A DNA stretch of 50,106 bases from Phoronis australis (taxonomy: Eukaryota; Animalia; Phoronida): NCBI GenBank assembly GCA_002633005.1, contig NMRA01000493.1, forward strand, positions 1 to 50,106, written 5' to 3'. The notes beneath the pieces are model-generated. The model had not been told where the DNA came from. It did no database searches and worked only from the letters and a program-made list of their open reading frames with translations. This document shows positions 1 to 13,150 of this stretch, one piece after another. The position numbers were made by a program, and so were the translations under genes. The first letter of the stretch is position 1. Each line of letters begins with the position of its first letter.

Positions 1-112
1 GAAACACCACCAACGGAAACTTCACCACCCCCCACGGATCCTGTACCAGCATCAACCACTACTCAACATCACCGCACAACAACGCAAACGATGACCAGCG
101 CACCGTACGAAG
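1..112 (+). CDS. S1A serine protease, Thr/Pro-rich linker exon (5' end outside window)
   Basis: Frame 1 reads ETPPTETSPPPTDPVPASTTTQHHRTTTQTMTSAPYE-G. GT donor at 113 is phase 1, matching the acceptor at 1371-1372 and giving YEG-CG. Confidence 0.7.
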
Positions 113-1196
113 GTATTTCTGCCAATATTTTGATAACACATTTGGCACTGAGAAACACCAAGAGCGCGTGTTGTTCCGAATTTACTTGAGGAATCTGAGA
201 AAGATAAAGTCGGCACTGGGTCTTCAATCGTTGTATGAAAAAACAGCAAACAAACGAATTTTCAGTAAACACATGAAATAAATTTCATCCGTTTCAAGAA
301 ATATTCAACATCTCATGCTACAGGAACTGTTTGCATTTTTCTTTGCAAAGTTAAAGCGAAAATGACCCCCACCCTCCCCCTCCGTCCCGTCCAAGAAACT
401 GAACTTTGATTTAGACCACGTACCGCAATAAAATTGTCATAAACTTGTTCCTTACTCAGATGTGAATTGATGTTTTGGACTTGTAAAGAACTCACGGTTC
501 AGTATTCCTCGGCGCTCATTCAATAAATAACACTTCACGATCAGGCAACTTCAAGAGCGCGTTCTTGAGCAATAAAGAACTGTCATTTTTTTCCAAGCAC
601 AGAAATCTGTTTTGACTTTGGAACAACTTGAGATCACTTCCTTAAGGTTAAGTGGGTCTTAATAAAAAATAAGATTTTCAAGAGGCAAAAGCAGAATTTT
701 TAGTTAAATGAATAGTTACTGATGGAGAAATTGAGGTAAAAATGATTTTGACAATAAAAATTGATTTCGAAACGTCACCAACGACAATAAAAAGTGATTT
801 TCAGTTCTTGAATAGCGGATATAGCCATCGAATAAATTGGGAGAGTTTTATTCAAGTGCGATCTTGAAAACAGGAAATCAGTAGAGTATCCTAAGACTAT
901 ATAAGCGTTGTATGGTCCGAGCAAGGACTGCATGGACAAGACTACATGCGTCTGTTGCATGTTTTTCGCCAAGATTGCCCGTTTGAGCAGGATAATAAGA
1001 CGAGCTGAGACGTGGAGAACGATGAGTTTGAGCCGTAAGTTTTGTCATGTTACTTTCAAGTTTCGGTCTTGCACACAGAAAAGTTTTCTATAGATGTTCC
1101 ACGCGGTCTCGGTGCTAGGGAAGCTACGACTTCGCCGAGACTGATACTTGGGCGGCACACCATAGGGTTTTTTTCAGTCCTACGCCGCATGTGGTC

Positions 1197-1275
1197 TATA
1201 GGCGGCGCACTAAAGGGTGGGCTGGGGGTGGGGGGCTTTAGCCCCCCTACCTTTTTCAGTGCTGCGCCGCCCATG
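1197..1275. mobile_element. Short GC-rich MITE family member
   Basis: TATAGGCGGCGCA...TGCGCCGCCCATG termini; relatives near 25940-26004, 30450-30538 and 47410-47472. Confidence 0.55.
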
Positions 1276-1372
1276 TGATAGAAGTTTCAACATATTCCAT
1301 TCATTCTTATACTGCTAAGACTTCTTTACTTCTAAAAGAATCTATACATGCTTTACACCGATTTCACTTCAG

Positions 1373-1547
1373 GATGCGGTCTTACATCTAATATGCGTGT
1401 AGTCGGCGGCTCAGAGGCCAGCCCACACTCGTGGCCATGGCAAGTGTCTCTCAAAATCGACTACGGTGTCATCGCCCAGGAACACTACTGTGGCGGAACT
1501 CTGATTAACAATCAATGGGTGGTAACGGCAGCTCATTGCTTGAAAAC
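1373..1547 (+). CDS. S1A serine protease exon: activation site and catalytic His
   Basis: CGLTSNMR|[18 protein letters not shown]...[19 protein letters not shown] acceptor 1371-72; GTAAG donor at 1548 (phase 2). Confidence 0.95.
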
Positions 1548-1938
1548 GTAAGATGACAGTCAATAGACTTATAAAATTACTGTACAGGAGTGACCATGGC
1601 CCGTGATCACCCAGCAAACTTTGCTCCAATCGTTGAAGATTCATGTGCCACACAGTCGAACAATTTTCTAATTCCACGCAAAGTGATTAATCAGTTTTAC
1701 GAGTCGAGTCTCGAACAAAGTTTGGTGGTTACAGACCCAGCGGTCAATAAGTGAAGAATGTGGTGTTACGCTCCAAACAACTATTTGTAAATAATAATTA
1801 AATCTCACTTGAGGAAAAATATTTTACGGCATCGTATACTAACTTACCTTATTTCAGCACGATTTGCTTATCATTCGATTTCCTTGTTACTAAAACACCT
1901 CTGAATATACATTTAAATCAGTATTTGTTTATTTCTAG

Positions 1939-2038
1939 AATGGGCGCGGACGATCTTAAAGTTATTCTAGGTGCTCACGGCAAGCCAGGATGGGAAAATG
2001 GATCAGGATTTGAGCGCACTATTGCCTTGACAATCACG
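1939..2038 (+). CDS. S1A serine protease exon
   Basis: TTTCTAG acceptor; MGADDLKVILGAHGKPGWENGSGFERTIALTIT; GT donor at 2039. Phases 2/0 fit both neighbours. Confidence 0.85.
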
Positions 2039-2732
2039 GTAAACATCGCCGTCATGTTTTCTTTACACTCCCTTGCATGCATGGTGGCTGTAATTATTAC
2101 CGGCATTATGATATAATGATTTTTATTCAGGGCCTGATATAGACTCGGAGCCGGCGGGGTATAGGGTGCCCCCTGTTAGTACTATGACAGTGATGAGCAT
2201 TAAATTTAACTAGATATTAAAAATTGGCTTCCTTGTCAATTCGGAACCGGGATCCAAGACCTTCCGACTTGGGCGTTATCTGATTCCATGTCACAAACCC
2301 TCTAATATACATGTTCGTCTGCACTCTGAGTGTAAATGATTCCTAGCTCGTATTTACGCTCACCGGACACACAGGATGTTTCTTTGAAGTGGAACTTACT
2401 ATTCACTCTTAATGACATCGTACTGGGTATATGAAGGTCATGGTTAAGCCATTTTTGAAAGTCTATGGGAGATTCTGAAACTGTGGGACAAGTGTTTTTG
2501 GGAAGTATGGTGGACGACTCAATTTAATGCGAGCGCAAGTTGAACCTTTTCTGGCCTTCAAAAACAAATTTTGAACACGTTTTGTAATAAATACACGCAA
2601 ATATAGAGGCAAAGAAAAGTAGGGAACGATATTTATGTATTATCAGCCAAGGTTGTTTTATAGCACTGATGAACGAACCAATCCCTGAGAGAAATTTCAT
2701 GCCCAGTGTGATGTCAACCGACCAGGCACCAA

Positions 2733-2930
2733 TTTTATGCGCCCACATATACGTATTTGGGTGCACATTGCCACTGCGCTATCTCCTAAATCCCTTGCAG
2801 GATCGTAATGAGAATTGGCAGATGTGTCCCTAAGAAGATGACGACAAATGACGACGAGTTTAGAGCCCTGAACCCGACCACCACAATGCCTCCTAAATTT
2901 GACGTATTCTGCGTCCGCCTCTCTATGCAC
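2733..2930 (+). mobile_element. Truncated HINE-like copy
   Basis: Same TTTTATGCGCCCAC...GGGTGCAC head and TTGGCAGATGTGT core as the copy at 3606. Confidence 0.55.
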
Positions 2931-3414
2931 CAGCTAGAACCATGGTTTAAAGGATCATTACAAAAGTTGACAGATGTGATAATGCAGGGAAGACTACGAC
3001 TGACGTCACTGGATTTTCGGATAAGCTGTGACTCCCCTCCCTAGTAGATACGTTTTAGTCCGCGGCTGTATGTCCTTACCCCGTTGCATGAGGTCTTCGC
3101 AAAATTGGGCATGTGCTTTCCCTATAAATGGGTAACAATGGAAGTACAGAAATATTGTGTTGACACCTAACTTCTTCCGTCCTTAGAAACTGACACTTTG
3201 TGCTCCGCATCCTGTGTTTTTCACAGAACCCTTAGGTATATAAACCAACATGTTAGACGGCGTCACAGGACAACTTTCTTTACTTGAGTGAGAAAATGAA
3301 TAACGTGGGCGTTCAAAACAAGTTATCAGACGGCTGGGCCATCTATTGGCCAATAAGTAACACTATTGATTTTGGTCTTTGAAAGGAAAATCATCATGTT
3401 CTTACACTTTGCTT

Positions 3415-3610
3415 GCGTAAGTGTCTCTAAAATAAAGCTATTTTATGAGTGTAAGTAGGCTAAAACAAATCTATTTTATATGCGTAAGTGGCCTAAAACA
3501 AAGGTATTTTATAAACTTAAGTGGCCTCAAACAAAGCTATTTTATATGCTTATGTGGCCTAAAACGAATCTATTTCATAACCGCAAGGGGCCTAAAACGA
3601 AACTGTTTTT
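3415..3610 (+). repeat. Degenerate 33-bp minisatellite, ~6 copies
   Basis: GTAAGTGGCCTAAAACAAAGCTATTTTATATGC-like unit. Confidence 0.8.
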
Positions 3611-4480
3611 ATGCGCCCACGTATTTATATGTGGGTGCATATTGCCGTCATCTCTGGGCTTCCGGCGTCCGTCGTTCGTAGCTGTACGTCCTAAACCCCT
3701 CACAGGATCTTGATGAGATTTGGCAGATGTGTTCCTATGAAGCAGACGAAGCATGACGACGACATTCGGACCTATCCGACTACCAGTGTGCCCCTTAGTG
3801 ACAATTTTATTTTTTTACGTTTACCTCTTTATCTTCGGTGGTCCTAAACGAATTTTCATAAAATTTGGTAGTGAGATTTAATAGTGAGATGACGTATCCT
3901 CCCGTTTTCGGATTGATTCGAGGTATTTTGCGCCACCTAGTGGTCATTTTTACTGTTTTCGAGTCTGCTTATGGAGTCCGCCCCTCTGTCAACCAAACCA
4001 CTCTAAGGATGATTGTGGAAATTGGCATGTGTGTTCCTATTGTAAAGAGGACAGCTGACGATGATTTTCCGACGACCTCGACTAGTGTGGCATCTCCTGT
4101 TATTAGTTTTGTTTTTTTACTCTCATGGCTGTATCTTCTAACCCGTCCACAGAATCTTTATTAAATTTAGCAAGCGTATTTATATGAAGTTGACAACAGA
4201 CGACGACGACTTTCAGACGGATCCGGCAAACGCTGTTCCCCTTAGTTTTAATTTCATTTTTTGCGTTTACCTGTTTCTCTGAAGCTCCTTGATGGATTTT
4301 TATGAAATTTGGTAAATAGCTTTCTATTGAAACGATGACATGTTCCTGTTTACGGGTGGATTCGACATATTTTGTGACATCTAGAAGCCATTTTTACTGT
4401 TTTCTAGTCTGTTTTTGGCGTCCGCCCCTCTATTAACCAAACCACTCTAAGGATGATATGAAAATTGGCATAGATGAGTC
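3606..4480 (+). mobile_element. Helentron-associated (HINE/DINE-1-like) element with internal tandem units
   Basis: Starts TTTTATGCGCCCAC, then inverted GTGGGTGCAT and a GTCC-like tract, then repeated internal units; homologous to 2733-2930 and 44880-45692. Confidence 0.6.
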
Positions 4481-4761
4481 AGTGTGAAGAGGGCGATTGG
4501 CAGTTACACTCTTTCACAGTGCTACCAAAAGTAGCACTGTGGAATGTTGCTTATCAGGGCTTCTCATTGGTTGAAGTAATGAAACCGACGTCATCACATT
4601 CCGTCATTCCACTTTCAGTTTACTGTTACGTAGTATGGCGACCACCTTTGCCTTGAATGGTTGTAATTTATTAAAATGGGCAGTGGTCGAAGTAAGCAAA
4701 ATCAAGGAAACCCTGATCCCGTGGCTAAGCCCAAACAAGTACAATAAGTAGAACTGCCTCC

Positions 4762-6024
4762 CGTTTAGTAACGCTAGGACCTCGCTAAAAAGCAAGACTT
4801 CGCGAGATTACGTGAGATGTTGCCGTGTATTTTAAAGCCTTACTTCAACGGAATTTTGTTACTTTAGATGTATTAGGCTAACCAGATAGTCCTAGAAAAG
4901 CCTTAGTAAAATAAGAAAACGCGAGTTCAATCACGCAAGTGTAAGCACGTCAAATGATAAGTGAAGCTGCCTTTTCGAGCCATGTTGCGTCACCCCGAGA
5001 TCCCAACACAAGCAACAAAAGGTTGTATTGAATAGGGGTCTGAATAGAACCATTACGTACGGATGTTTTTTTGCAGCTGTTTGAGTTAAAAGGTGATTCT
5101 CGCGGTGACGTAGACAAAAGCAAGTTAATACACCTAACAGATAGTGTCACGTTTTTCCCCGTGTATGGGTGGGCGCAGGTTGTTACAGACCGGTGCTAAT
5201 AGCTTTCGGTGCGAAGATTGACTGAAGACTGGTTCGAGTTAATCCTTTATTAATCCCGACCGTACGTTCACAAGCCTACTCAAACAAAACGTCCGACGTA
5301 ATGTCTGTTTATGCTCCAGCCAGTGCTGCGAAGCCTTGACTTGTATTGAACTTCTGAGATACTTACAGCAACTGTTACACTCGATTCAATAACCTGCTGT
5401 CTCTATAGCTGGCTCTCTATTGACTATCGCTGTAACTGCTGATTCTCTTCACTGCAACTCAACTGTAGTTCTCCTAATTAACTTACTTGAACTGACTTGA
5501 TCTTCTCTTGAACTGACGTGATCTTTTCGTACTCAACTCAACTGACTAACACAAACCCGTGCTTGCGTATTTATAGCCTAATGCATTGTTCTAGAACTTT
5601 TCATCAATTCAAGCACATACCAGAACTTTCTGGAACCTACCCAATCATTCTACAAACATGTACTAGTCTCTAGAATATTCCAGACTGCATTAATCACTGT
5701 CATGCTAGAGTCTTCTAGAAAGTTCCACACTATTTAGTAGTAAACAAATTACATCATCACTGTACTTAACTCAGGGGTCATGCCAATCAAACAGAATAAC
5801 AAAACAAAACAAACTAAAAATACTGTAAGACTATATTCTGACAGATAGTTCGTAACATTTGTCAATTTATGGTACTAGTAAGCTCAGAGCGATGCTCTTG
5901 ACATAAAGTAGGAACCAAATTTACATGTGTTACTGTTGAAGATAGGCTTTAAATGAGATCACGTGACTGTGGCTAGATTTTAGCTAGGTCCTAGCGTAGG
6001 TCCTAGCGTTAGTGAACGCACACC
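4762..6024. mobile_element. MITE interrupted by the solo LTR
   Basis: Inverted ends CGTTTAGTAACGCTAGGACCT / AGGTCCTAGCGTTAGTGAACG; a related short copy lies at 23590-23700. Confidence 0.65.
5145..5843 (-). mobile_element. Solo LTR (699 bp) in a protease intron
   Basis: TGTCA...TGACA termini; exact 5-bp TSD GATAG (5140-44 and 5844-48); minus-strand TATAAATA (~5570) followed by AATAAA (~5248). Confidence 0.85.
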
Positions 6025-6384
6025 TGGCGTGTGCGATGTGATCGATAAACTTACAACCAAGCATGCGCATTGATGCCCGCGCACGGTGTGTCGGTCATCA
6101 TGTTTGCACAGGGCCACTTTTCATTATAGGTGGCGCTGTGTCAGAGGGTACGATGATGATTTCCCGACAACTTCGACTACTTTGGCGCCTCCGAGTGAAA
6201 GTTATGTTTTTTCCTGTAACCCTCTAATGGCAATTTCATTTTATTCCATTTTCCTATGTTTCTCTGAAGTTCGTGCAGTAGGTGAATAAATTGCATTATC
6301 ATACAATGTAGCTTTGGAGTCATAACCGACTGAATATCACAGTTTTGGTTGTTTTAACAGAAACCGACACCTTTAACATTGCAG

Positions 6385-6562
6385 CACCCGGGTTACACAG
6401 GCAATGCTGGCTCTCCGGACGATCTAGCCTTAGTAAAGCTTACCGACCCGGTGCAGGTTGATGACAATGTTCGACCGGCCTGTCTACCAACATCAAACTT
6501 GCCCCAGTTTGTGTTTGAAGACAGTCCAGAGTGTTGGATTACAGGATGGGGTGAAACAAAGG
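6385..6562 (+). CDS. S1A serine protease exon: catalytic Asp
   Basis: HPGY...DDLALVKL...VRPACLP...CWITGWGETK-G. TGCAG acceptor; GT donor at 6563 (phase 1). Confidence 0.95.
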
Positions 6563-6939
6563 GTATATCGATGTTTTAATCTAAACTTGACTTCGTCAAA
6601 GTTTAATACGAATAGTGCTAATGAACAGCATTCGTCGTCATTTTTTATATTATTCGTGAGCTTTTCATCGCACCACCAAACACGTGCACGTAATGTTTAA
6701 AGTCGCATTTCGCCTCGTTTCGCTGGCTAAAAACGATATTTGAATAATTTTGCCATTTACTCTCATGAAATCGGTCTCCGATAACAGTCCTCATTGTGAT
6801 GGGCCATTTTCGAATTGCAATTTTGAGGTTAGCCAACATCAATAAATACTGAAGCGTAATTTTGAGTTGCTGATGATTTTCATGTTCAATGTATTCCATC
6901 GAAATTGGAACCCCGGTGTAAAACAGATATCCGTAGTCG

Positions 6940-7788
6940 AAAACCGACAGACTACCGCACCTTCAAAATAGCTAATCAATCCGACTGAAAAACACGAGCC
7001 CCCACCTTTGAAACAGGAACTCCGGGTATCGGACAGGACACCCGGGGACCGAAACACCACTCCCGCACTTTCTGTCAAACATTGCTCGTCTCAAGAAAAT
7101 AGTACATTAATACGTTTAAAGAGCTTTGTGTTCATACGATATGTACCAATTTTACATTCAATGAAAAAATATCCCTATACTTTAAGTAGTTTTTGTTAAA
7201 GTTGTTTTACTGCATGAGAATTGTAGACAACTTATATCCGATCTCTAGCGAAAATGGCGGACGTGTACAGTGTACCCGACAAAATGAACTATCAGAAACA
7301 GCGTGACTGTGCTCGTATGGTAGACTATTTGCCGAATTCAATTTGAGATTTTTCATCTGCCTTTAGAAATACTTTGGGTTTTCTTTGTTTTTGATTTTTG
7401 AAAACATTTTTGGAGAAACTATAGAATAATTTGAAATTAACTAAATATCCACCGAGATGACAACGTGTTGAGAACATAGATTGTGTTGAAATTCGCCCAC
7501 AGACAAGTTCCGTCAGTTTTACCGATAAAAATCAAATAGCAAGGACAATATAATATAAGTTACGTTTTATCATTGACAGTTTTAACAAACAAAATAATAC
7601 AGAAAACAACTGGAAAATACTTTAATATGCTTTGACTCAAAGTTTGTGGCTACTGACATCGTCTCAGAAAATTTGAAGAATTGTCCGGGTTTCCTTTCCG
7701 ATCTCCGGGGTTCCCGTTTTAAAGGTCGGGGTTCGTGTTTTTCGGGCTGGTTATCTGTTTAGAAGATGCGGGAGTCTGTTTTCAACCT
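6940..7788. mobile_element. Foldback/MITE with degenerate ~110-bp terminal inverted repeats
   Basis: 6945-7055 (CAGACTACCGCACCTTC...GAAAAACACGA...ACCTTTGAAAC) is the reverse complement of ~7683-7788, with mismatches. Confidence 0.65.
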
Positions 7789-7869
7789 CTCATGTCTCCC
7801 CAGTGTGAAAATTGTTAAATTCGCTCCTGTTTTTGACGTACAGAATATGCCTATTGTGGTCAATTACAG

Positions 7870-8015
7870 GCACAGGTGACGAAAACGTGCTGAATGAACT
7901 ACAGGTATCCGTCGTGCCCCAGGAGTACTGTCGCAGCCAGTGGAGCGCCAACCCCAATGTGCTTATCGGTGACGGACAGATTTGCATCAACAACGGTCTT
8001 ACAGGAGCCTGCAAC
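7870..8015 (+). CDS. S1A serine protease exon
   Basis: TGDENVLNELQVSVVPQEYC...QICINNGLTGACN. TACAG acceptor; GTAAGT donor at 8016 (phase 0). Confidence 0.93.
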
Positions 8016-8938
8016 GTAAGTTCTGACACCCGCTAATTCATCATTTTCATCAATTTTGAAAGACAGAAGCAGGAATCAACTAAAAACTTATACTCCGTAT
8101 GTCACACATTGGATATTATGGTTCTTGGTGGATGGTCTTTCCCCAGAGTTGCCCTGTAACTAGCTAAAAGCTTACATGTGTAGGTCACGCTTGCTCGTTT
8201 GGCAGAAATGAGTTTTCAAGTTTTCCTCCAAACTTTTGAGAGTTGTCTAGGGTTATGGAGCAATGCTTTGTTTCAGGGAATTGGTTGGAAAAGTCGTTTC
8301 TTAATATCTGTTAATAGGCCAAAACAGGGTTTGATATCCTTTTAAGATTGCGTAGGATCTTTGATAAATGTCCCAATTTGGTTTAGCTCATCACATTTCC
8401 GACATGTCTGTTCGGATTCATATGAAACGTTCAGATACTATGCTTTGTTCATTGTTCTCCAAAAGACTTTTAAAATTTGTTTTTAAAATGCTCCACTTTT
8501 GGATGAGGGGCTGTCAAAGGTAGGACTAATATGATGTCCGTGAAAAAACTCAAAAGCTGCATAAACAGGAAACGAAATGAAAATTTAGAAAACTGAAACA
8601 GCGTTTTTGAGATTTCGTCTTCATAGAATTTGATAAAAAGTCATGGTCATTTGACTCAGTTGATGACAGATGATGAAAATTCAGAAATGTGCGACCTAAA
8701 GTTAAAATGTACAGTTTTGTAAATATTTGGCTAAATACACAAACTTGTCGATAAAAACGAGTTTGAAAGTGTTCTGATGTCTTTAGTGGTGCACCAGATG
8801 TGCACAAACCTCATAGTTAGGCCCATTGCACGAAACACCTGAGCTAAACCAAGAAATCTGTTGTCGATCAACAGGTTCCTCGTGAAAAATTTTTCAAGTC
8901 TGTTTCTCTTTTAAGAAAATGGATAGACTTTCCATTTG

Positions 8939-9075
8939 TTGCCATGCATTATATGTTGTAGGCATGTAATGGTGTCATGCATTATACGTTTTAGGCATGT
9001 AATGGTGTCATGCATTATACGTTGTAGGCATGTAATGGTGCCATGCATTATACATTGTAGGCATGTAATGGTGCC
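8939..9075 (+). repeat. 33-bp minisatellite, ~4 copies
   Basis: TGCCATGCATTATACGTTGTAGGCATGTAATGG-like unit. Confidence 0.9.
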
Positions 9076-9451
9076 GTGTAGGATCAACTTTCTTAATTTA
9101 AGACTTCGTTGTTATTAGTAGTGGTATTGCTTTTACATTTAGAAGTTTATCTTGAGTGAAGAGAAATTTATGCATGTGCAATAGTGGTAGGAAACATATT
9201 TACCATACCACCGTCTGTGAATTATTGTACCGCAGCAAGTAGTCTAGTACGTTCCTTATTTTTCATCCCCAATGGATAAAATTCGTTTTTATTCTCATAG
9301 AAATTTTGTCATTCTGGAAGTTATAGACACCATATATGTACATAAACATATGTATATGCATATGTATGGACTATAAAATTTCCATATGTACAGGTATACG
9401 CTAGATTTGTTTTTGTGCGCATATTCCCGAAGTATTTTCTTGGCTATTCAG

Positions 9452-9619
9452 GGAGACTCGGGAGGTCCGCTCGTGTGTAAAAAGGATGGCAGATGGGTGC
9501 TGGCTGGAGCAACGTCATTTGGTGTCAAAGGGTGCCAGACGGAAGGCGCGCCGGATGTCTACACGCGAATTTCGTTCTATCTGCCCTGGATTATGGATCA
9601 GATCGAATTAAATTATTAA
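9452..9619 (+). CDS. S1A serine protease last exon: catalytic Ser (chymotrypsin/elastase-like)
   Basis: [24 protein letters not shown]...[14 protein letters not shown]...stop; TTCAG acceptor. Confidence 0.95.
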   Translation, partial: GDSGGPLVCKKDGRWVLAGATSFGVKGCQTEGAPDVYTRISFYLPWIMDQIELNY

Positions 9620-12249
9620 AATACGCAGTATGCAAATCAATACAAGTGTTATTGACACTACACAGACTTCTGCCCATTATATTTTTCTCAGAGCCCTCTA
9701 CCTGTTTGGAATGGCACACACTGCAACAGCTGCCCAATATTCACTGCAGAATAGAACATACATAAACACATATAATTTAGATGCAAATTACTTTACCAAC
9801 ACATTAGGCGTTTTAGTTTCAGATCGCGTTTGCTTGTTTAAATATTAGAATTGTCCATTTGATGAGTAAATTATTTTACATGCCAAGAATTACACACCCA
9901 GCTGAATTAATGAGGAAAAAATGCAACATTAAACATAAGCACATGCGCTTAATTTTCACGAACTATTCAAATATGCAATTTATAAACTTTCAAAGCGAAA
10001 ATTTAAAAGTACTATTGTCACCTCCAATGTCTTTATGATGAGTCTCATTATCTAAAGAACGATAACATCAACAGCCTGAGGCGATTTAATTAAACACAAC
10101 AGCATGAAGTTTGATCTCAACCGGCAGATTCTGAGGTGCGCAAACCGGTCGACTTGCCCAATCTCGACCGGTTAGGGTGCCAACGTAGGATTCGCTTTAT
10201 GATTCATACGGCACACTCATATCCGCCATTTAAAAATTTGGAAGTGACAAACTTTACCATCTGTTAGAAGATTGTAGTTAGTTCACTAAACAGTCAACAG
10301 GATTGACGAAACACGATTTTTGAAACCGAATCGACGAAATGAAGCAGTTGAGTTGACGTCGGATTCACGAAATAGCATTGGATTTGCTACATCATAAGAC
10401 TGAGTTAATTTTCTTGAACTGGGTGTCCGATAGTAGCATTTTTTGCCCTTTTAGCCCCCCCCCCCCCGTAACCTATCTACTGATATCATATGTGCGAGGG
10501 CCAAACAAGGGGAAACAAGATATTTCAAGGACTGTCATATATTCAGGACCATTTGCGACAAATAAACTAGTGGCTTTGTACTGGTGGGAAGAGTAAAAAT
10601 CCTACGTCACAGATTGCCACAGCTCTGAATGAACGTCTGGTGCGGCCACAGTTACCGACCACATTTGCATTCAAATTCCGCTCTCTAGTGGAAACCGTGT
10701 ACGACATTTTCAAACAACAAAATCTAATGTAGAGTTTGGAATTCGCAAAATTCTTACGGTGCCAAGTTACCGGATTCCGATTTTATAAACTTTGAAAAAT
10801 GAATTATAAAACAAAAATACGAGGCACATTGTCATAACCGTACTTACCATTGGTTGACCTCCAAAGGCAATCACTTCAAATAACCCAAAATTCCCGCCAT
10901 GGCTGAGAGCTGATGGGGCCTATTGTTTTTCTTAAGCTTTGTTTCCATAAAAGCGCATTTCACAATGCGTGTCCATACTTTACCCATTGTGACAACCAAC
11001 GCGTTTTCATGAGCGAGTTCTATATCTCCGCATGACGAAGAAAAATCATTTGGTGCGCTTTTATATGGGTAAAAATGCACGCGTACACAGCCAAATCTTG
11101 ATATCCTAAACGTTGTGGTACTCAATCATATAGGTAGCAGCCAATATTTACGTCAATTGAATGCAGATGTGAGAATTGAACGCAGAAAACGTGTAGTTTC
11201 ATATATTTTTGGGAATGTAAACTGTAGCGGCGGGCGGAGGATAGGCAATTGCCATTTTGACAACTGTACTTCAACGTGTTTTAACCAAGTTTCAACTAGT
11301 GGGAGACCCCTGGTCGTCGCTGGTGCTATCATGATGCCGTAAAATGGCTCTCCCGGATGCGCAGTGGCTGCATAGTCCTTCAACTCAGTAGCCTACCCGG
11401 CAGCTTTACGCTTACACCACGGCATTGCAGGTACGGAAAACCGAAACTGTTTTATAGCTAAAATTAAACGCGATGTCACGCTAAGTCATAGATTACGGAT
11501 GAAAACAGGCCCGGACGCCGCTACAAGGGTGCTGCTGATAAAAATCATGTAAGATGTAGGCTTCTAATGCCGCACTTACGCACGAGGTACGTTTGTACCT
11601 AATTTCCATGCCATTCGATCAGTGTAGACATGGATTTATTACCTACAATCATAGAAATGTAGACCTGTCTCAGCCGAGTGGCGAACCTAGCGTGGCCGGT
11701 GACACCCTGGGCGGCAAAGAAAGATTCTTGGCGTCACCCCTCGAAAAACCAAAGCACCCGCTCAGCCTCGACATGGTTTAACGAATTTGGAAAGCCATAT
11801 GGTGTGAAACACACAATGTAGAATTTATTGTGGTTCGGAGACTGGAAGTACCGCAGTAACATGTACAAGCCTATGAATGTACTATAACAAGCCATTGAAA
11901 CAGAATTGTGCGCACATTAAGTAAGCCTTGTGATGGCCAAAAGACACCAGGAACCGTGACGTAAAAACGTGCACATGAACATAAATAAAGCCAAAGTTCT
12001 ATACCAGAGTTCAGTGCTGGATAAAGGACCAGGACTACGCACTGAGTATACAGAAAATTGATTTAGGGACCAAAAGTCAAATCCAAACAAATGTCCGGAC
12101 ATATAATTATTTGGCGGAAGTGACCCTACATTATACGTGTTCAATAAGTAGCCAGCGTGCAACTGGAAAATTGACATTTTACTCACCATGATAGGGAATA
12201 TACACTATTCAGGAGTAGAATCAGTAGTTTTATGAGCAGTTAGTATTGC

Positions 12250-12413
12250 CAGGGGCGCATCCTGGATTTTGAGTTAGGGCGGGGGGCCAGGGCACTGAGC
12301 TTAGCCAGGATTTTGCCCGTCAGACATTCGCACCTCCGAACTGCCTAATGGAATCTGGGAGAATTTTAGGGGGGGGGACATAGCTCCCTTGGCCCCCTCT
12401 AAATCCGCCACTG
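12250..12413. mobile_element. GC-rich hAT-like MITE
   Basis: CAGGGGCGCATC...ATCCGCCACTG termini; inverted homologue at 29445-29763. No TSD resolved. Confidence 0.7.
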
Positions 12414-13150
12414 ATGGCAGTAGTGGTTTCTCTGCATTGAGAATTGTTATCCTAGGCTCATGTAACGTTTGCAGTCTCAGCATTGAATATAATGCCCGGT
12501 TGCCACCTCTGGCGTACCGTACTGAGCCCGGCAAACCGCATTTTCCCCGTGCGCCACATCACAAGTGATTTCGAGGGTTCAGTAAACTCGATGATTCCTA
12601 TATATAGTCACTGAGTGCAAAATAAAAGGACTATCGGTTTCTGTCCAAGGGCGTGATAGTTTAGGTTGTCACGCTTCGTCATGAAAGGGTGTCCCGTCTG
12701 GGCGCCGAGTTCGCCCCTTAAGTAGGCCTATAGGAACCAATATTGGTTCATAGGGTACACCGCTGCTTGTCTGGATGCCTGCTCAGTGTCCGGAGCGTCG
12801 CCATAGACAGGATTCTATTTTTAGACGTCTACGGTGTATGTAACCTGGACTAATGGAAAAGTGCGCTGTAGCACAGATCCCAACCAACCTCGAGGGGTAT
12901 AGACAGTCAGAGACCGTAGCGTCTTTGGTATAGTCTATGGTGCAGCAGACTACGGTGTATGTAGTCAAGAGTGACATCTGACGTCCACAATATGGAGCTT
13001 CGGAATAGTCGAAACTGCTTTATTTACTGAACACAACCTTACGGAAGTTGGGTGAAAGGAGCGAAGACTTGCCTTTCTTTCTCGTTGCTCGAAATGACAA
13101 ACAACCTTGCAATAAACGCCTCCAAAAGCTGACCAGTTTACGAAAGTAAT

